From Bacillota bacterium (lineage in GTDB: Bacteria; Bacillota; Dehalobacteriia; UBA4068), in contig JBMNFI010000001.1 in the NCBI GenBank assembly GCA_050949225.1, positions 132,195 through 196,194 on the forward strand: a stretch of DNA of 64,000 nt, given 5' to 3'. The number at the start of each line of letters is the position of its first letter. The first letter of the stretch is position 1. This document shows, piece after piece, positions 38,323 through 48,094 of the stretch. Below the pieces are notes generated by a model. The model saw only the letters and a list, made by a program, of their open reading frames with translations, was not told the origin of the DNA and searched no databases. The position numbers were made by a program, and so were the translations under genes.

Positions 38323-38586
38323 ATGTCCGAAAGTAAACAGGTTTTTACACTATATGATCGTGAAAAACTAGTTTTCTGTGGTGTTTTGAGCGTAGAAAGC
38401 TTTGATACGGACACTATTTTATTGGTGACTAATTTAGGGGATTTGCTTATCAGTGGGGAAAATTTACATATTAATCAGCTTGATTTGGAACAAGGGCAGG
38501 TGGGGATTAATGGTTATATAAATTCTCTTGTATATCAAAAAAGTAAAGAAAAGTCCGCCGGTTTCTTAAAGCGTTTGCTTAAATAG
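38323..38586 (+). CDS. yabP: Sporulation protein YabP
   Basis: 87 aa YabP-family. Conserved yabP-yabQ-divIC-yabR order. Confidence 0.75.
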   Translation: MSESKQVFTLYDREKLVFCGVLSVESFDTDTILLVTNLGDLLISGENLHINQLDLEQGQVGINGYINSLVYQKSKEKSAGFLKRLLK

Positions 38587-38602
38587 GGGGGGGGCGAACC
38601 CA

Positions 38603-39148
38603 ATGCAATTTATGATTTACCAGGGATGGGTGCTTCTGGCGGCGATTTTATGCGGTGTGCTGCTCGGTTTATTTTTGGACTTTTATCGTGCTTTTTCCAG
38701 ACGCTGGTATAAGCGTAAATACCTATTGCACCTTTTTGATTTCTTGTTTTGGTTGACGGCTTTTATTGCTCTTTTTTCCTTTTGGTATTTTTTGACTCCC
38801 GGTGGAATGAGGCCGTTGTTAATAGTATTTTTACTAGTAGGTTTTGCCCTTTATCATAGCTATTTATCAGTAAATTTCGGTGATTTTTTGCATAAAAAGC
38901 CACCTCAAAACCCTTCACAGCCCTTAGCACAAATTTTACCGCCCCAAAAAGAAGCATCGATAAATACATCAGTTAAAGCCCCAAAAGAGAACAGTTGCCA
39001 AAAGGTTATTGACAAGGGATTTTACACCCTGGCGATATGGGCGGTTAAGGGGGATATGAGATTACGTCGGCAAGGTAAAAGGTTTTGGCAAAAAATGCAG
39101 CAAAAGCGAAAAACGCATGTAGAGAACGATCAACAAAAACAAGATTAG
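38603..39148 (+). CDS. yabQ: Spore cortex biosynthesis membrane protein YabQ
   Basis: 181 aa, N-terminal TM helices, position after yabP. Confidence 0.6.
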   Translation: MQFMIYQGWVLLAAILCGVLLGLFLDFYRAFSRRWYKRKYLLHLFDFLFWLTAFIALFSFWYFLTPGGMRPLLIVFLLVGFALYHSYLSVNFGDFLHKKPPQNPSQPLAQILPPQKEASINTSVKAPKENSCQKVIDKGFYTLAIWAVKGDMRLRRQGKRFWQKMQQKRKTHVENDQQKQD

Positions 39149-39234
39149 GTAACAAAACACTAAAAACTATTGATTTATCATAAAATGCCTGATATAATAA
39201 ATATAATGTCAATATTTATAAAGGAGGTCAAGGC

Positions 39235-39606
39235 ATGAGAAAAAACAATGCCAAAACCCCTGATAAAAGACAAAAGACTGCTGTTTTAAAAAAAATCCGT
39301 TGGGGATTGATTGCCGGTATTGCTGTCGCCTGCTTTATTGCGTTTAATTTTATTGGTCAATTTATAAGATATGATAATTTAAATACGGATCTGGCTAACT
39401 ATAAAAACCAATTGGCGCAGACTGAAAATAGGTATCAAGATCTTTTAAAACAGAAAGAATTATTAAATGATGATTCATATATGGAAATTCTGGCCAGAGA
39501 TATTGGCCTGATCAAAGAGGGCGAAGTTTTGGTTTCTCCTATGACAAAAAACCAAAATGTTCAGGATTTAGATGCTTCCACAGCACAGGAAGATGATATG
39601 CATTAG
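39235..39606 (+). CDS. divIC: Septum formation initiator DivIC/FtsB family
   Basis: Single TM helix plus a coiled-coil (LANYKNQLAQTENRYQDLLKQKELL). 123 aa. Confidence 0.7.
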   Translation: MRKNNAKTPDKRQKTAVLKKIRWGLIAGIAVACFIAFNFIGQFIRYDNLNTDLANYKNQLAQTENRYQDLLKQKELLNDDSYMEILARDIGLIKEGEVLVSPMTKNQNVQDLDASTAQEDDMH

Positions 39607-39657
39607 ATTATACATATAATAAAAGTATTACTAAAGAAAGGTTAAGGATACATCTAT

Positions 39658-40080
39658 ATGGGTTTTAATGTTGGAGATATTATTGAAGGAAAGATTACCG
39701 GTATTACGAAATTCGGGGCATTTGTGGAAATTCAAAAGGGTGTGACGGGCCTGGTTCACATTTCCGAGATCGCTAATACCTATGTTGAAAATGTTGCAGA
39801 TTTTTTCAAAGAGCAGGATCTTGTTAAAGTAAAAATTATCAATATTGGGGACAACGGTAAGATTGCTCTTTCTATAAAACAAGTTGTTGAACAAAAACCG
39901 CAAGAAAGACCGGCTAAAACAAGAATGGTTAATAGGTCTAGCTTTGAGGATAGGGCAGACTCATCATCTGAAAGTAATCCTTTCGAAGATAAATTAGCTA
40001 AATTTATGAAAGACAGTAATGAAAAACTTCTGGCTTTAAAACGTCATCAAGACGGCAGAAAAGGCCGCTATGGTCGTTGA
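39658..40080 (+). CDS. yabR: S1-domain RNA-binding protein YabR
   Basis: S1 domain GKITGITKFGAFVEI...GLVHISE. 140 aa. Confidence 0.8.
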   Translation: MGFNVGDIIEGKITGITKFGAFVEIQKGVTGLVHISEIANTYVENVADFFKEQDLVKVKIINIGDNGKIALSIKQVVEQKPQERPAKTRMVNRSSFEDRADSSSESNPFEDKLAKFMKDSNEKLLALKRHQDGRKGRYGR

Positions 40081-40169
40081 TTTTCTTATTAACTGCTGTT
40101 TATATTGAAGATGTCTCTTAAGCATCCTTTAAGGATGCTTTTTTATTCAAAACATTGGAGGTAAAATCT

Positions 40170-41030
40170 ATGAGAGCTGCGATTGATATTGGTTCTAACT
40201 CTGTGCAGATGTTGGCAGGTGAGGTGAAAAATGGTTTTATTGTACCCTGCTATACGGCTTTAGAAACTACTCGTTTGGGGGATATGGAATCCGCCGGATT
40301 TTTATCCGCAGCAAGAGTTGAAGATACTTTAAAAGTTCTCGGAGATTTAGTGGGTTTTTTGCATAGTAAAGGAATTACTGAAATAAAAGCTGTGGCCACT
40401 AGTGCTGTGCGGGACGCCCAAAACAAAGAACGGCTGTTATCCCGTTCACCTGTAAATATTACTGTGCTGGCCGGACAAGATGAAGCATCTTTAACCTTTG
40501 CCGGGGTAAAACCTTTATTTTTGCAGGATGATTATCTGATGATGGATATTGGCGGCGGCTCCACTGAATTGATGATGCGACAAAAAGATGATCTGAAGGT
40601 TATCAGTTTGGATCTGGGAGCGGTGCGGGCACAGACTTTAGGCTGGGACAGAAGGCATATTAAAGATTTTGTTAAGCAGGCCGCTTTATTTGATGATGTT
40701 GGTAGTGAAGATTTTAAGGCCGTAGGGATCGGCGGCACCTGTACGACTGTGGCAGCACTTCTCCAGGATCTTGCTGAATATGAGCGGGAGAAGGTACATG
40801 GTTATATTGCCAGTTATCAGGATATCGAAAATTTGTGGCAGCTTCTCAGTAAATTGCCACGCGAGAAGCGTTCGATTTTTTCTCCTTTATTATCCCATCG
40901 AGGGTTAATTATTTGTGAGGGAATGGCCATTTTATTGACTATTTTAGAGTTTTATCAATTATCTGAGATAGTTATTAGTGATGCCGGAATTTTAGACGGC
41001 ATTCTTTTAAATTGGACAAAAATACCGTAA
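40170..41030 (+). CDS. Ppx/GppA-family phosphatase (exopolyphosphatase / pppGpp phosphohydrolase-like)
   Basis: AAIDIGSNS and DIGGGSTE actin-like ATPase motifs. The start is chosen at the Met 8 nt after a GGAGG RBS, internal to the listed ORF. Confidence 0.75.
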   Translation: MRAAIDIGSNSVQMLAGEVKNGFIVPCYTALETTRLGDMESAGFLSAARVEDTLKVLGDLVGFLHSKGITEIKAVATSAVRDAQNKERLLSRSPVNITVLAGQDEASLTFAGVKPLFLQDDYLMMDIGGGSTELMMRQKDDLKVISLDLGAVRAQTLGWDRRHIKDFVKQAALFDDVGSEDFKAVGIGGTCTTVAALLQDLAEYEREKVHGYIASYQDIENLWQLLSKLPREKRSIFSPLLSHRGLIICEGMAILLTILEFYQLSEIVISDAGILDGILLNWTKIP

Positions 41031-41198
41031 AGAAAAGAATATTTCGTCGGCTTTTGACGACAAAAAACCACTTAAAAGGGCAGGTAAAGCCGTTTTGACT
41101 AGAGAATTAATTAGCTGGATAAAAAGGATAGGCATACTGTTTTAAACTGAAACATAAGGTGTAGAGACCGGCTAATAAAATTCATGGTGGTGGAAAAG

Positions 41199-41723
41199 AT
41201 GACTGAAGCTGAGAAAAAAAACATAATTTTAATTGGTTTTATGGGCAGTGGAAAAACAGTAGTGGGGCGTGCCATTTCGCGTCTGATTGATTATGAATTT
41301 GTGGATACTGATAATGAAATCGAAAAGGTTACGGGGCTTGCCATCGCGCAGATTTTTAAAAAGTATGGCAAACTGCGCTTTCACTCGGAAGAGGAACTGG
41401 CATATAAGAAGCTGCTTAACCGTGAGGGATTGGTAATTGCTACCGGTGGTAATATTAATCCGCAAGGTAATCCTTTAAAACTTTTACAAAATAAAGGTTT
41501 TTTTGTCTTATTGGAAGCGAAACCGGAGATTCTTTATCGGCGACTCAAACGTAAAAATACACGACCCATGTTTAATAAAAATACTACACAAGAAGAGTTG
41601 AAAGAGTTAGTGGCTCAACAGTATGACTATTATAAAAACCTGGCAGATTTTAAAATAGATACTTCCAAGATAAGTGTGGAAACGGCAGCTACGGCTATTG
41701 TTAAGGCTTTTAGAAACAAATAG
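41199..41723 (+). CDS. aroK: Shikimate kinase
   Basis: Walker A GFMGSGKT. About 175 aa. The start is chosen after a GGTGGTGGAAAAG RBS. Confidence 0.8.
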   Translation: MTEAEKKNIILIGFMGSGKTVVGRAISRLIDYEFVDTDNEIEKVTGLAIAQIFKKYGKLRFHSEEELAYKKLLNREGLVIATGGNINPQGNPLKLLQNKGFFVLLEAKPEILYRRLKRKNTRPMFNKNTTQEELKELVAQQYDYYKNLADFKIDTSKISVETAATAIVKAFRNK

Positions 41724-41726
41724 AAA

Positions 41727-41756
41727 TTTACAAAAGTCTCATAATTGTGATATAAT
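41727..41756 (+). promoter_or_regulatory. Sigma-A-like promoter (TTTACA-18-TGaTATAAT) upstream of rbgA
   Basis: Extended -10 with a perfect TATAAT. Followed by a terminator-like hairpin at 41759-41788. Confidence 0.4.
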
Positions 41757-41758
41757 AT

Positions 41759-41788
41759 AACCACTCGTTAAAAGAGTGGTTTTGTGTT
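41759..41788 (+). terminator. Hairpin AACCACTC-GTTAAAA-GAGTGGTT plus TTGTGTT (aroK terminator or rbgA leader attenuator)
   Basis: 8-bp stem followed by a U-rich tract, 30 nt upstream of the rbgA start. Confidence 0.45.
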
Positions 41789-41817
41789 ATAAATTTATAA
41801 AAAATTTGGTGTAATTA

Positions 41818-42717
41818 ATGGCTGATAGTGAAATAACAAATATCAATTGGTATCCCGGACATATGGTTAAGGGTAAGCGTAATATCGCTGCCGATTTACG
41901 GCGCATTGACGTTTTGATTGAGGTTTTGGATGCACGGGCACCAAAAAGCAGCCGTAATCCAGATTTGTCTAACATTAATGGGCAGAAAAAACCACATGTA
42001 TTGGTACTAAATAAAGCTGATTTAGCGGATGCCGAAGCAACCAAAAAATGGCTTGCCTTCTATCGCCGCCGTGGTTATCAGGCGGTTGCCGTGAACGCTG
42101 TGCAAAAACGAGGGATTAAGGAGCTTTTGGCAGCTGTTAACAGGGCTGCTGAGCCTTTATTGCAAAAGCTGGCTGACAAAGGCCGTTTGAGCAGACCAGT
42201 AAGGGCGATGGTGGTCGGTATTCCCAATAGTGGCAAATCAACGGTGATTAATGCTTTTTGTCCGGCAAAAACTGTTAAAACCGGTAATATGCCAGGTGTC
42301 ACCAGAGGCCAGCAATGGGTAAAAACTACCGCAGGCATCGAGCTTTTGGATACCCCCGGTGTTTTGTGGCCTAGATTTGCTGATTATCGGACGGCTTTTA
42401 ATTTGGCGGTAATCGGCTCTATTAGTGATTTGGTTTATCCTTATGAAAAAATTGCTCAAGAATTAGCAGAGCTGCTTTTAGAAAAAAATCCTCAAGCCCT
42501 TCAAGATCGTTTTAAGCTTAGTGAACTTCCGGTAGATGGTAGACAATTAATTACGGCAATTGGCAAAAGGCGGGGACTTTTGGCCGCCGGTGGTCGAGTT
42601 CGTATGGAGGATTCTTCATTATTGCTGCTGCGAGAGTTTCGGGCGGGTCTTTTGGGCAGATATACATTGGATGATAAAAGGGATGATAAAAAGGACGATC
42701 AGCATATAAATGATTAA
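41818..42717 (+). CDS. rbgA: Ribosome biogenesis GTPase A (YlqF)
   Basis: Circularly permuted GTPase: G4 NKADL precedes G1 GIPNSGKST. 299 aa. Confidence 0.85.
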   Translation: MADSEITNINWYPGHMVKGKRNIAADLRRIDVLIEVLDARAPKSSRNPDLSNINGQKKPHVLVLNKADLADAEATKKWLAFYRRRGYQAVAVNAVQKRGIKELLAAVNRAAEPLLQKLADKGRLSRPVRAMVVGIPNSGKSTVINAFCPAKTVKTGNMPGVTRGQQWVKTTAGIELLDTPGVLWPRFADYRTAFNLAVIGSISDLVYPYEKIAQELAELLLEKNPQALQDRFKLSELPVDGRQLITAIGKRRGLLAAGGRVRMEDSSLLLLREFRAGLLGRYTLDDKRDDKKDDQHIND

Positions 42718-42762
42718 AGGTTTTTATGAGGTATTTTAATAATGAAGTAAAGGTTGTGATAA

Positions 42763-43539
42763 ATGATGAATAAACGTGAACAAGTTAAAATAGCTCGGGA
42801 ATTGCTTGATTCCTTTAATCTCCCGGATGAAACTGTGCAAGAGCTCTTAGAAAGCCCTGTTGATAAAGTCAGAAGTTTGACTCGAAAGTTTTTAGAAAAA
42901 AAGGCGCAGGAAGAGGATCGTTTATTGCATATGAGCTTATATGAAAAGCAGCTTTGGCGTAAAGGTGTTTCTTTGGTCGCCGGTGTTGACGAGGCAGGTT
43001 GTGGTCCTTTGGCCGGCCCGGTAATAGCTGCCGCTGTGATTTTGCCTCAAGACTGTTTTTTATGGGGTATTGACGACTCTAAAAAACTTTCCGCAAAAAA
43101 ACGGCTTATTTTGGAGCAGGAGATTAAAGAAAAGGCACTCTGTTGGATGATCTTTGGCGTAAATCATCGTTATATTGACCGTTATAATATTTTGCAGGCG
43201 CGCTTGATCGCTATGCGTAAGGCTATTAATCGTTTGCCATGTGCTCCGGAGCATCTTTTAATTGACGGTAACATGGCTTTGTCGATCGACACCCCGCAAA
43301 CATTGATTAATAAAGGGGATGGTAAAAGCATCTCTATTGCGGCGGCTTCTATCATGGCTAAATGTGCTCGGGATCGTATAATGGTTAAAATGGCGAAGCT
43401 TTTTCCTGAATATGGCTTTGAAGTTAATAAAGGATATCCCACTGCTTATCACAGAGCCGCCATTGAAGAATTTGGTTTATCACCTATTCATCGTCGGAGT
43501 TTTAAGATTAAAAAACTTGCCGAAGGTGAAAATAAATGA
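42763..43539 (+). CDS. rnhB: Ribonuclease HII
   Basis: GVDEAGCGPLAGPV catalytic motif. Conserved rbgA-rnhB adjacency. Confidence 0.85.
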   Translation: MMNKREQVKIARELLDSFNLPDETVQELLESPVDKVRSLTRKFLEKKAQEEDRLLHMSLYEKQLWRKGVSLVAGVDEAGCGPLAGPVIAAAVILPQDCFLWGIDDSKKLSAKKRLILEQEIKEKALCWMIFGVNHRYIDRYNILQARLIAMRKAINRLPCAPEHLLIDGNMALSIDTPQTLINKGDGKSISIAAASIMAKCARDRIMVKMAKLFPEYGFEVNKGYPTAYHRAAIEEFGLSPIHRRSFKIKKLAEGENK

Positions 43540-43886
43540 CAGATTCCCGACTTAAAACCGGCAGGGATGGCGAAGAGATGGCTGTGCTGGCTTTAGAAAA
43601 ACGTGGCTATCAAATTATCGAGCGAAATTTTCGCCGACGTGAGGGCGAAATAGATATTATTGCAGTTAAAAATAATTGTCTATACTTTGTGGAAGTGCGA
43701 ACCAGACGCGGTGGCGGTTTTGGTCGTGCGGTGGAGAGTGTGAATCGCCAAAAAAGACTGCAGATGCAACGGATTGCAGAAATTTATTTAGCCGAGTTAG
43801 GTAGGGAAATTAACTGTGAATTTTTGGTGATTGCAATTGACCTAGCTGCTGATCAGTTGGAGATAATTAGTGATTTGTTGGTTTAA
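43536..43886 (+). CDS. yraN: YraN-family (UPF0102) endonuclease-like protein
   Basis: 116 aa, GEIDII motif, conserved after rnhB. Confidence 0.75.
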   Translation: MTDSRLKTGRDGEEMAVLALEKRGYQIIERNFRRREGEIDIIAVKNNCLYFVEVRTRRGGGFGRAVESVNRQKRLQMQRIAEIYLAELGREINCEFLVIAIDLAADQLEIISDLLV

Positions 43887-43980
43887 AAGCCAGCTTTACT
43901 ATGTGCAGTATTATTTTTTATCTAAAGCAGCAAGATAAGATTTGTATGATATTATGATGTCTTTAGCAAGTTGATGAAGG

Positions 43981-44010
43981 TTGCTATTTATTTGCCGGAT
44001 GTGTTATAAT
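43981..44010 (+). promoter_or_regulatory. Candidate promoter for the OLE-like RNA (TTGCTA-18-TGtTATAAT)
   Basis: Extended -10 with consensus TATAAT, about 45 nt upstream of where GC-rich structured sequence begins. Confidence 0.35.
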
Positions 44011-44054
44011 TGTAAAACTAATTATATCTTGACAAATTATAATATGTAATGAAG

Positions 44055-44665
44055 TTTGTTAGGATGTGGCGCAGTATTCTAGTCGGTAGGCTTTTTACTG
44101 AAGGCGGGCCTAAAAATCCGTCACGGGCACATCGATGAAGTTTCTGGTGCTGGCTTTCGACGCCCAGTTGAGGGCTGGTGCTGGGAGTTAAGGAAGATGG
44201 GGCAAGCTGCAAAGGCATGTGGCGATTGACCCCGCTTCCGTGGAGACCCAAATACGTGGAGATCTGTCTTGGTCGGACAGAAAAGCTACGGTTTGGGATT
44301 AAACCTGTATGCGGCGTTTAGTTGTGTACAGCGTAGCCTGCCTTGAGTGGTAGTGGTGGATTCATAAAGACACCTACAAGATTCCTTCGACCAAAAGGGA
44401 TCGGTAGGTGATGAAACCGCGATTGCAAAAGAGGCTAGGTAAATTGCCGATCCGTCGAGGAAAACTCCTAGACTGTATACACCTATTGGGGATTAAAGTA
44501 TAGGCTAAGTGGCAATCCGGCCCTGTATTGGGAAACCTTACAGATCGAAACTTAAAGGGAAACCGCCTGTTTGGTAACAGCAGGTTGATTCGATGGGAAA
44601 TCCTGCCGGACCTAAGCTATAGAGTTTACTCAGTAGGAGACCATATTCTAACTTTTTAATCGATA
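44055..44665 (+). ncRNA. ole: Large structured noncoding RNA, best explained as OLE (ornate, large, extremophilic) RNA
   Basis: About 600 nt with no ORF over 30 codons on either strand. Markedly GC-rich with many short complementary segments, in an otherwise AT-rich genome. Lies directly upstream of a small 4-TM protein followed by dxs-tlyA-nadK-argR-recN, the conserved OLE/oapA context. Boundaries are approximate. Confidence 0.6.
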
Positions 44666-44676
44666 ACTGGAGTTGA

Positions 44677-45309
44677 ATGTTTTTGAAGTCAAATAAAAGC
44701 AGCGGCCGACGAAGGCGCGTTGTTAAATATGCGATATTTTCGGGTTTGATCACTTTTTTGATCGCTTGTGCCATGAATATCAATTCGCAATTTTTCCTCA
44801 CCGAAATGAAGTCAGTGTCTATCTCCTTATTTTTATTGCTGGCTGTCATACTTGTGGGGATTATTTTTGATATTATTGGTGTGGCGGTGGCAGTGGCCAA
44901 TCCGGCTTCTTTTAATGCCAGCTCCGCTCGAAAAATCCCCGGCTCTACACAGGCCTTGCGTTTGATTAACAACAGCAGCAGGGTCGCTAATATTTGCTGT
45001 GACATGATGGGTGATATTTGCGGTACTGTTAGTGGTGGTATGGGGGTAGGGATTATCATCCTTTTGCCATGGGCTAAAGACCCACAGCAAGCTATTATCG
45101 CTACAATGTTAATGTCCGGAATGGTTGCCGCAATAACTGTCGGCGGTAAAGCACTCAGCAAAGATTATTCAATTAATAAAGCCGATAAAGTTATGTTGAT
45201 GGTGGGTCGCTTCATTGCTTTCTTTGAGGAAATTTTTATCTCTCAAAAAAAGCGTTCTCAGGGTTGGGGCACACAAGGTAAAAACAATGAAAAAGGTAAA
45301 GGTAGATAA
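44677..45309 (+). CDS. oapA: OLE-associated protein A-like small membrane protein
   Basis: 210 aa with four predicted TM helices, a Gly/Met-rich segment and a basic C-terminus. GGAG RBS. Sits between the structured RNA and dxs. Confidence 0.55.
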   Translation: MFLKSNKSSGRRRRVVKYAIFSGLITFLIACAMNINSQFFLTEMKSVSISLFLLLAVILVGIIFDIIGVAVAVANPASFNASSARKIPGSTQALRLINNSSRVANICCDMMGDICGTVSGGMGVGIIILLPWAKDPQQAIIATMLMSGMVAAITVGGKALSKDYSINKADKVMLMVGRFIAFFEEIFISQKKRSQGWGTQGKNNEKGKGR

Positions 45310-45318
45310 AATTTTCTG

Positions 45319-47253
45319 ATGGTTAAAAAATATTTAAATAATAAAATAAATAAAGCGGTAACGACTGACGTGACGGAAAAAATTTTACCAAAAATCAACA
45401 GTCCTGCCGATCTTAAGAATTTGTCCTCGGCACAGCTGCAAAGTTTGGCTGAGGAAATTCGTCTTTATATAATTGACGTAGTAGCGGAAAACGGCGGTCA
45501 TTTAGCGCCTAGTTTAGGTGTTGTTGAGCTGACTATTGCTTTACACAGGGTGCTTGATGTGCCCACTGATAAACTGATTTGGGATGTGGGTCATCAGGTT
45601 TATGCACATAAAATTATCACCGGACGCCGAGAAAAATTTCATACTTTGCGAGCTTATGAAGGATTAAGCGGTTTTCCTAAGCGAGAGGAAAGCCCGGCAG
45701 ATCCCTTTGGTGCAGGCCATGCCAGCACGGCACTTTCTGCTGCTTTGGCTTTTGCTAAAGCACGTGATATAAAAAAGGAAAATTATCGAGTGGCCGCTGT
45801 GGTCGGCGATGGTGCTTTTACAGGTGGTTTATCATATGAAGCGCTATGTCATTGTGGTGATTTGGGCAGTAATATGCTGATCATTTTAAATGATAATGAA
45901 ATGTCCATTGACAGTAATGTTGGTGCCATGTCTAATTATCTGATGAAAATTCGTACCAGCCGACATTATACAGACAGTAAACAAGAATTGGAAAATCTTT
46001 TACGGAAAATTCCTCAGCTTGGACCTTTAGTAGCCGAAAATCTCAAAAAACTTAAGGACAGTTTTAAGCATCTCTGGCTGCCCGGTATGATTTTTGAAGA
46101 ACTGGGTATTTTTTATTTAGGGCCTGTAAATGGCCATGATATTGCAGCTATTGAAGGGGCCTTGATGCGTGCAAAAACGATTAAAGGTCCGGTGCTTTTG
46201 CATGTCTTAACGACTAAAGGCAAAGGATATTTGCCAGCAGAAATCAATCCGGATGTTTTTCATGGTACGGGAGCCTTTCATATTGGCACCGGACAGGCAA
46301 AAAAAATGCCGCCCCCTTTTACCTACAGCAGTGTTTTTGGTGATGCCATGTGCAAAATGGCAGCCGAAAATGAAAATATTGTGGCAGTAACGGCGGCCAT
46401 GACAAGCGGAACAGGTTTGTTGAATTTTTTTGCCCAATATCCTGAACGATCTTTTGATGTGGGAATCGCCGAAGGGCATGCCGTTACCTTTGCGGCGGGC
46501 TTAGCAGCCGCCGGTCTGCATCCGGTAGTGGCTATTTATTCCACCTTTATGCAACGAGCTTATGACAATATTTTACATGATGTTTGTTTACAAAAACTGC
46601 CGGTTATTTTGGCGCTGGATCGTGCCGGTTTGGTTGGTGATGATGGACCGACACATCATGGAGTTTTTGATATTGCTTATTTAAGCAGCATTCCTAATTT
46701 GATTATTATGGCTCCAATGGATGAAAATGAGTTACAATCGATGCTTAGAGCAGCTGTTTCCTATCAGGCACCGGTCGCAATTCGCTATCCGCGGGGAAGC
46801 AGTGGTTTGGAGACTTTGAGTGCAGAAACTGTTTCTATTCCGCTTGGCAAAGGCCAAATACTAGTGCCGGGTGATGATTTGACAATTATTGCTTGCGGTT
46901 CCATGGTTGCTGTCGCTTTAGAAGTTGCTGATATATTATCTAACAAAAACATCTCGGCTGAAGTAATAAATGCACGCTTTATTGCACCTTTGGATCAAGA
47001 ATTATTACTAAAATCAGCTACTAAAACTCGGCGGGTTTTAACCTTGGAAGAAGGCATAAAAAAGGGTGGTTTAGGTGAGGCCTGTGCCGAACTGCTGCGG
47101 CAAGAAATGACAGAAAACTCGGCAGAAGTAGAAATCGGCGCCCTGCCCAATAGCTTTATTGCTCAGGGTAAAAAAGAATTATTGTTGGATGATTGTAATT
47201 TAACTCCGCCTGCATTGGTGAAAAAGGTTTGCCAACGCTGGTTTAACAAGTAG
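45319..47253 (+). CDS. dxs: 1-deoxy-D-xylulose-5-phosphate synthase
   Basis: TPP motif GDGAFTGGLSYEAL...NDN and a transketolase-like C-terminal domain. 644 aa. Confidence 0.9.
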   Translation: MVKKYLNNKINKAVTTDVTEKILPKINSPADLKNLSSAQLQSLAEEIRLYIIDVVAENGGHLAPSLGVVELTIALHRVLDVPTDKLIWDVGHQVYAHKIITGRREKFHTLRAYEGLSGFPKREESPADPFGAGHASTALSAALAFAKARDIKKENYRVAAVVGDGAFTGGLSYEALCHCGDLGSNMLIILNDNEMSIDSNVGAMSNYLMKIRTSRHYTDSKQELENLLRKIPQLGPLVAENLKKLKDSFKHLWLPGMIFEELGIFYLGPVNGHDIAAIEGALMRAKTIKGPVLLHVLTTKGKGYLPAEINPDVFHGTGAFHIGTGQAKKMPPPFTYSSVFGDAMCKMAAENENIVAVTAAMTSGTGLLNFFAQYPERSFDVGIAEGHAVTFAAGLAAAGLHPVVAIYSTFMQRAYDNILHDVCLQKLPVILALDRAGLVGDDGPTHHGVFDIAYLSSIPNLIIMAPMDENELQSMLRAAVSYQAPVAIRYPRGSSGLETLSAETVSIPLGKGQILVPGDDLTIIACGSMVAVALEVADILSNKNISAEVINARFIAPLDQELLLKSATKTRRVLTLEEGIKKGGLGEACAELLRQEMTENSAEVEIGALPNSFIAQGKKELLLDDCNLTPPALVKKVCQRWFNK

Positions 47254-47263
47254 GAAGGTTTTT

Positions 47264-48094
47264 ATGGCAGAGAAAAAAAGATTAGACATTCTTTTAGTAG
47301 AAAAAGGGTTTTTTCCTGCCCGTGAAAAGGCTAAGGCAGCTATTATGGCAGGAGAGGTTTTGGTGGATGGCAAGCGAGTCGATAAAGCTGGTTCAGCCAC
47401 TGAATTAGGGGCAAAAATCCAGGTAAAAAGTAAAGAGTTGCCTTATGTTTCACGAGGCGGCTTAAAATTGGCCAAGGCACTGGATGTTTTTGCCGTTGAC
47501 CCAAATGGCATGACTGTTTTAGACATTGGTTCTTCCACAGGGGGATTTGTAGATTGTGCTCTGCAAGCCGGGGCCGCTAAGGTCTATGCTGTGGATGTGG
47601 GTTATGGACAGTTGGCCTGGAAACTGCGACAAGATGAGCGGGTAGTAGTTTTGGAAAAAACCAATGCGCGCTATTTAACTATTGAAGATATTCCGGAAAA
47701 AATTGATCTGATCACGGTTGATGTGTCCTTTATTTCTTTACATAAGGTTTTACCGTCGGCCTTAGAGTTTTTGTCGCCGACCGGTTTACTAATTGCCTTG
47801 GTCAAGCCCCAATTTGAGGCAGGTAAGGACAAGGTGGGAAAAAAAGGTGTAATACGTGATCGCAAAATACATCAAGAAGTTCTGGAAAAAGTGTTAAAGG
47901 ATTTGCTGATGCTAAAAATGCAGTCGCTTAATTTAGATTTTTCCCCGATAACCGGAGCGGAAGGCAATATCGAATATTTACTTCTGGCACAAAAAATTAA
48001 CGAAGAAAGCTCTTTATCTTATATTTATGCAGAAATGATGGAACGGTTAAAAATATCTGAAATAATTGATAAATCATGGTCAACACATAGATAA
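47264..48094 (+). CDS. tlyA: TlyA-family rRNA 2'-O-methyltransferase (S4 + FtsJ-like domain)
   Basis: N-terminal S4 domain (RLDILLVEKGF) and SAM-binding DIGSSTGGF. Confidence 0.85.
   Translation: MAEKKRLDILLVEKGFFPAREKAKAAIMAGEVLVDGKRVDKAGSATELGAKIQVKSKELPYVSRGGLKLAKALDVFAVDPNGMTVLDIGSSTGGFVDCALQAGAAKVYAVDVGYGQLAWKLRQDERVVVLEKTNARYLTIEDIPEKIDLITVDVSFISLHKVLPSALEFLSPTGLLIALVKPQFEAGKDKVGKKGVIRDRKIHQEVLEKVLKDLLMLKMQSLNLDFSPITGAEGNIEYLLLAQKINEESSLSYIYAEMMERLKISEIIDKSWSTHR

Noticed and set aside
44055-44665. Considered RNase P RNA, tmRNA, a T-box leader, a cobalamin riboswitch, a group II intron or an rRNA fragment as explanations for the GC-rich structured region.
   Set aside because: No GGAAAGTCCGGGC (RNase P P4), no tmRNA tRNA-like end or tag ORF, no AGGGTGGNACCGCG T-box sequence, no group II domain-V motif, no rRNA signatures. 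It is too long (about 600 nt) for common riboswitches. The genomic context fits OLE.
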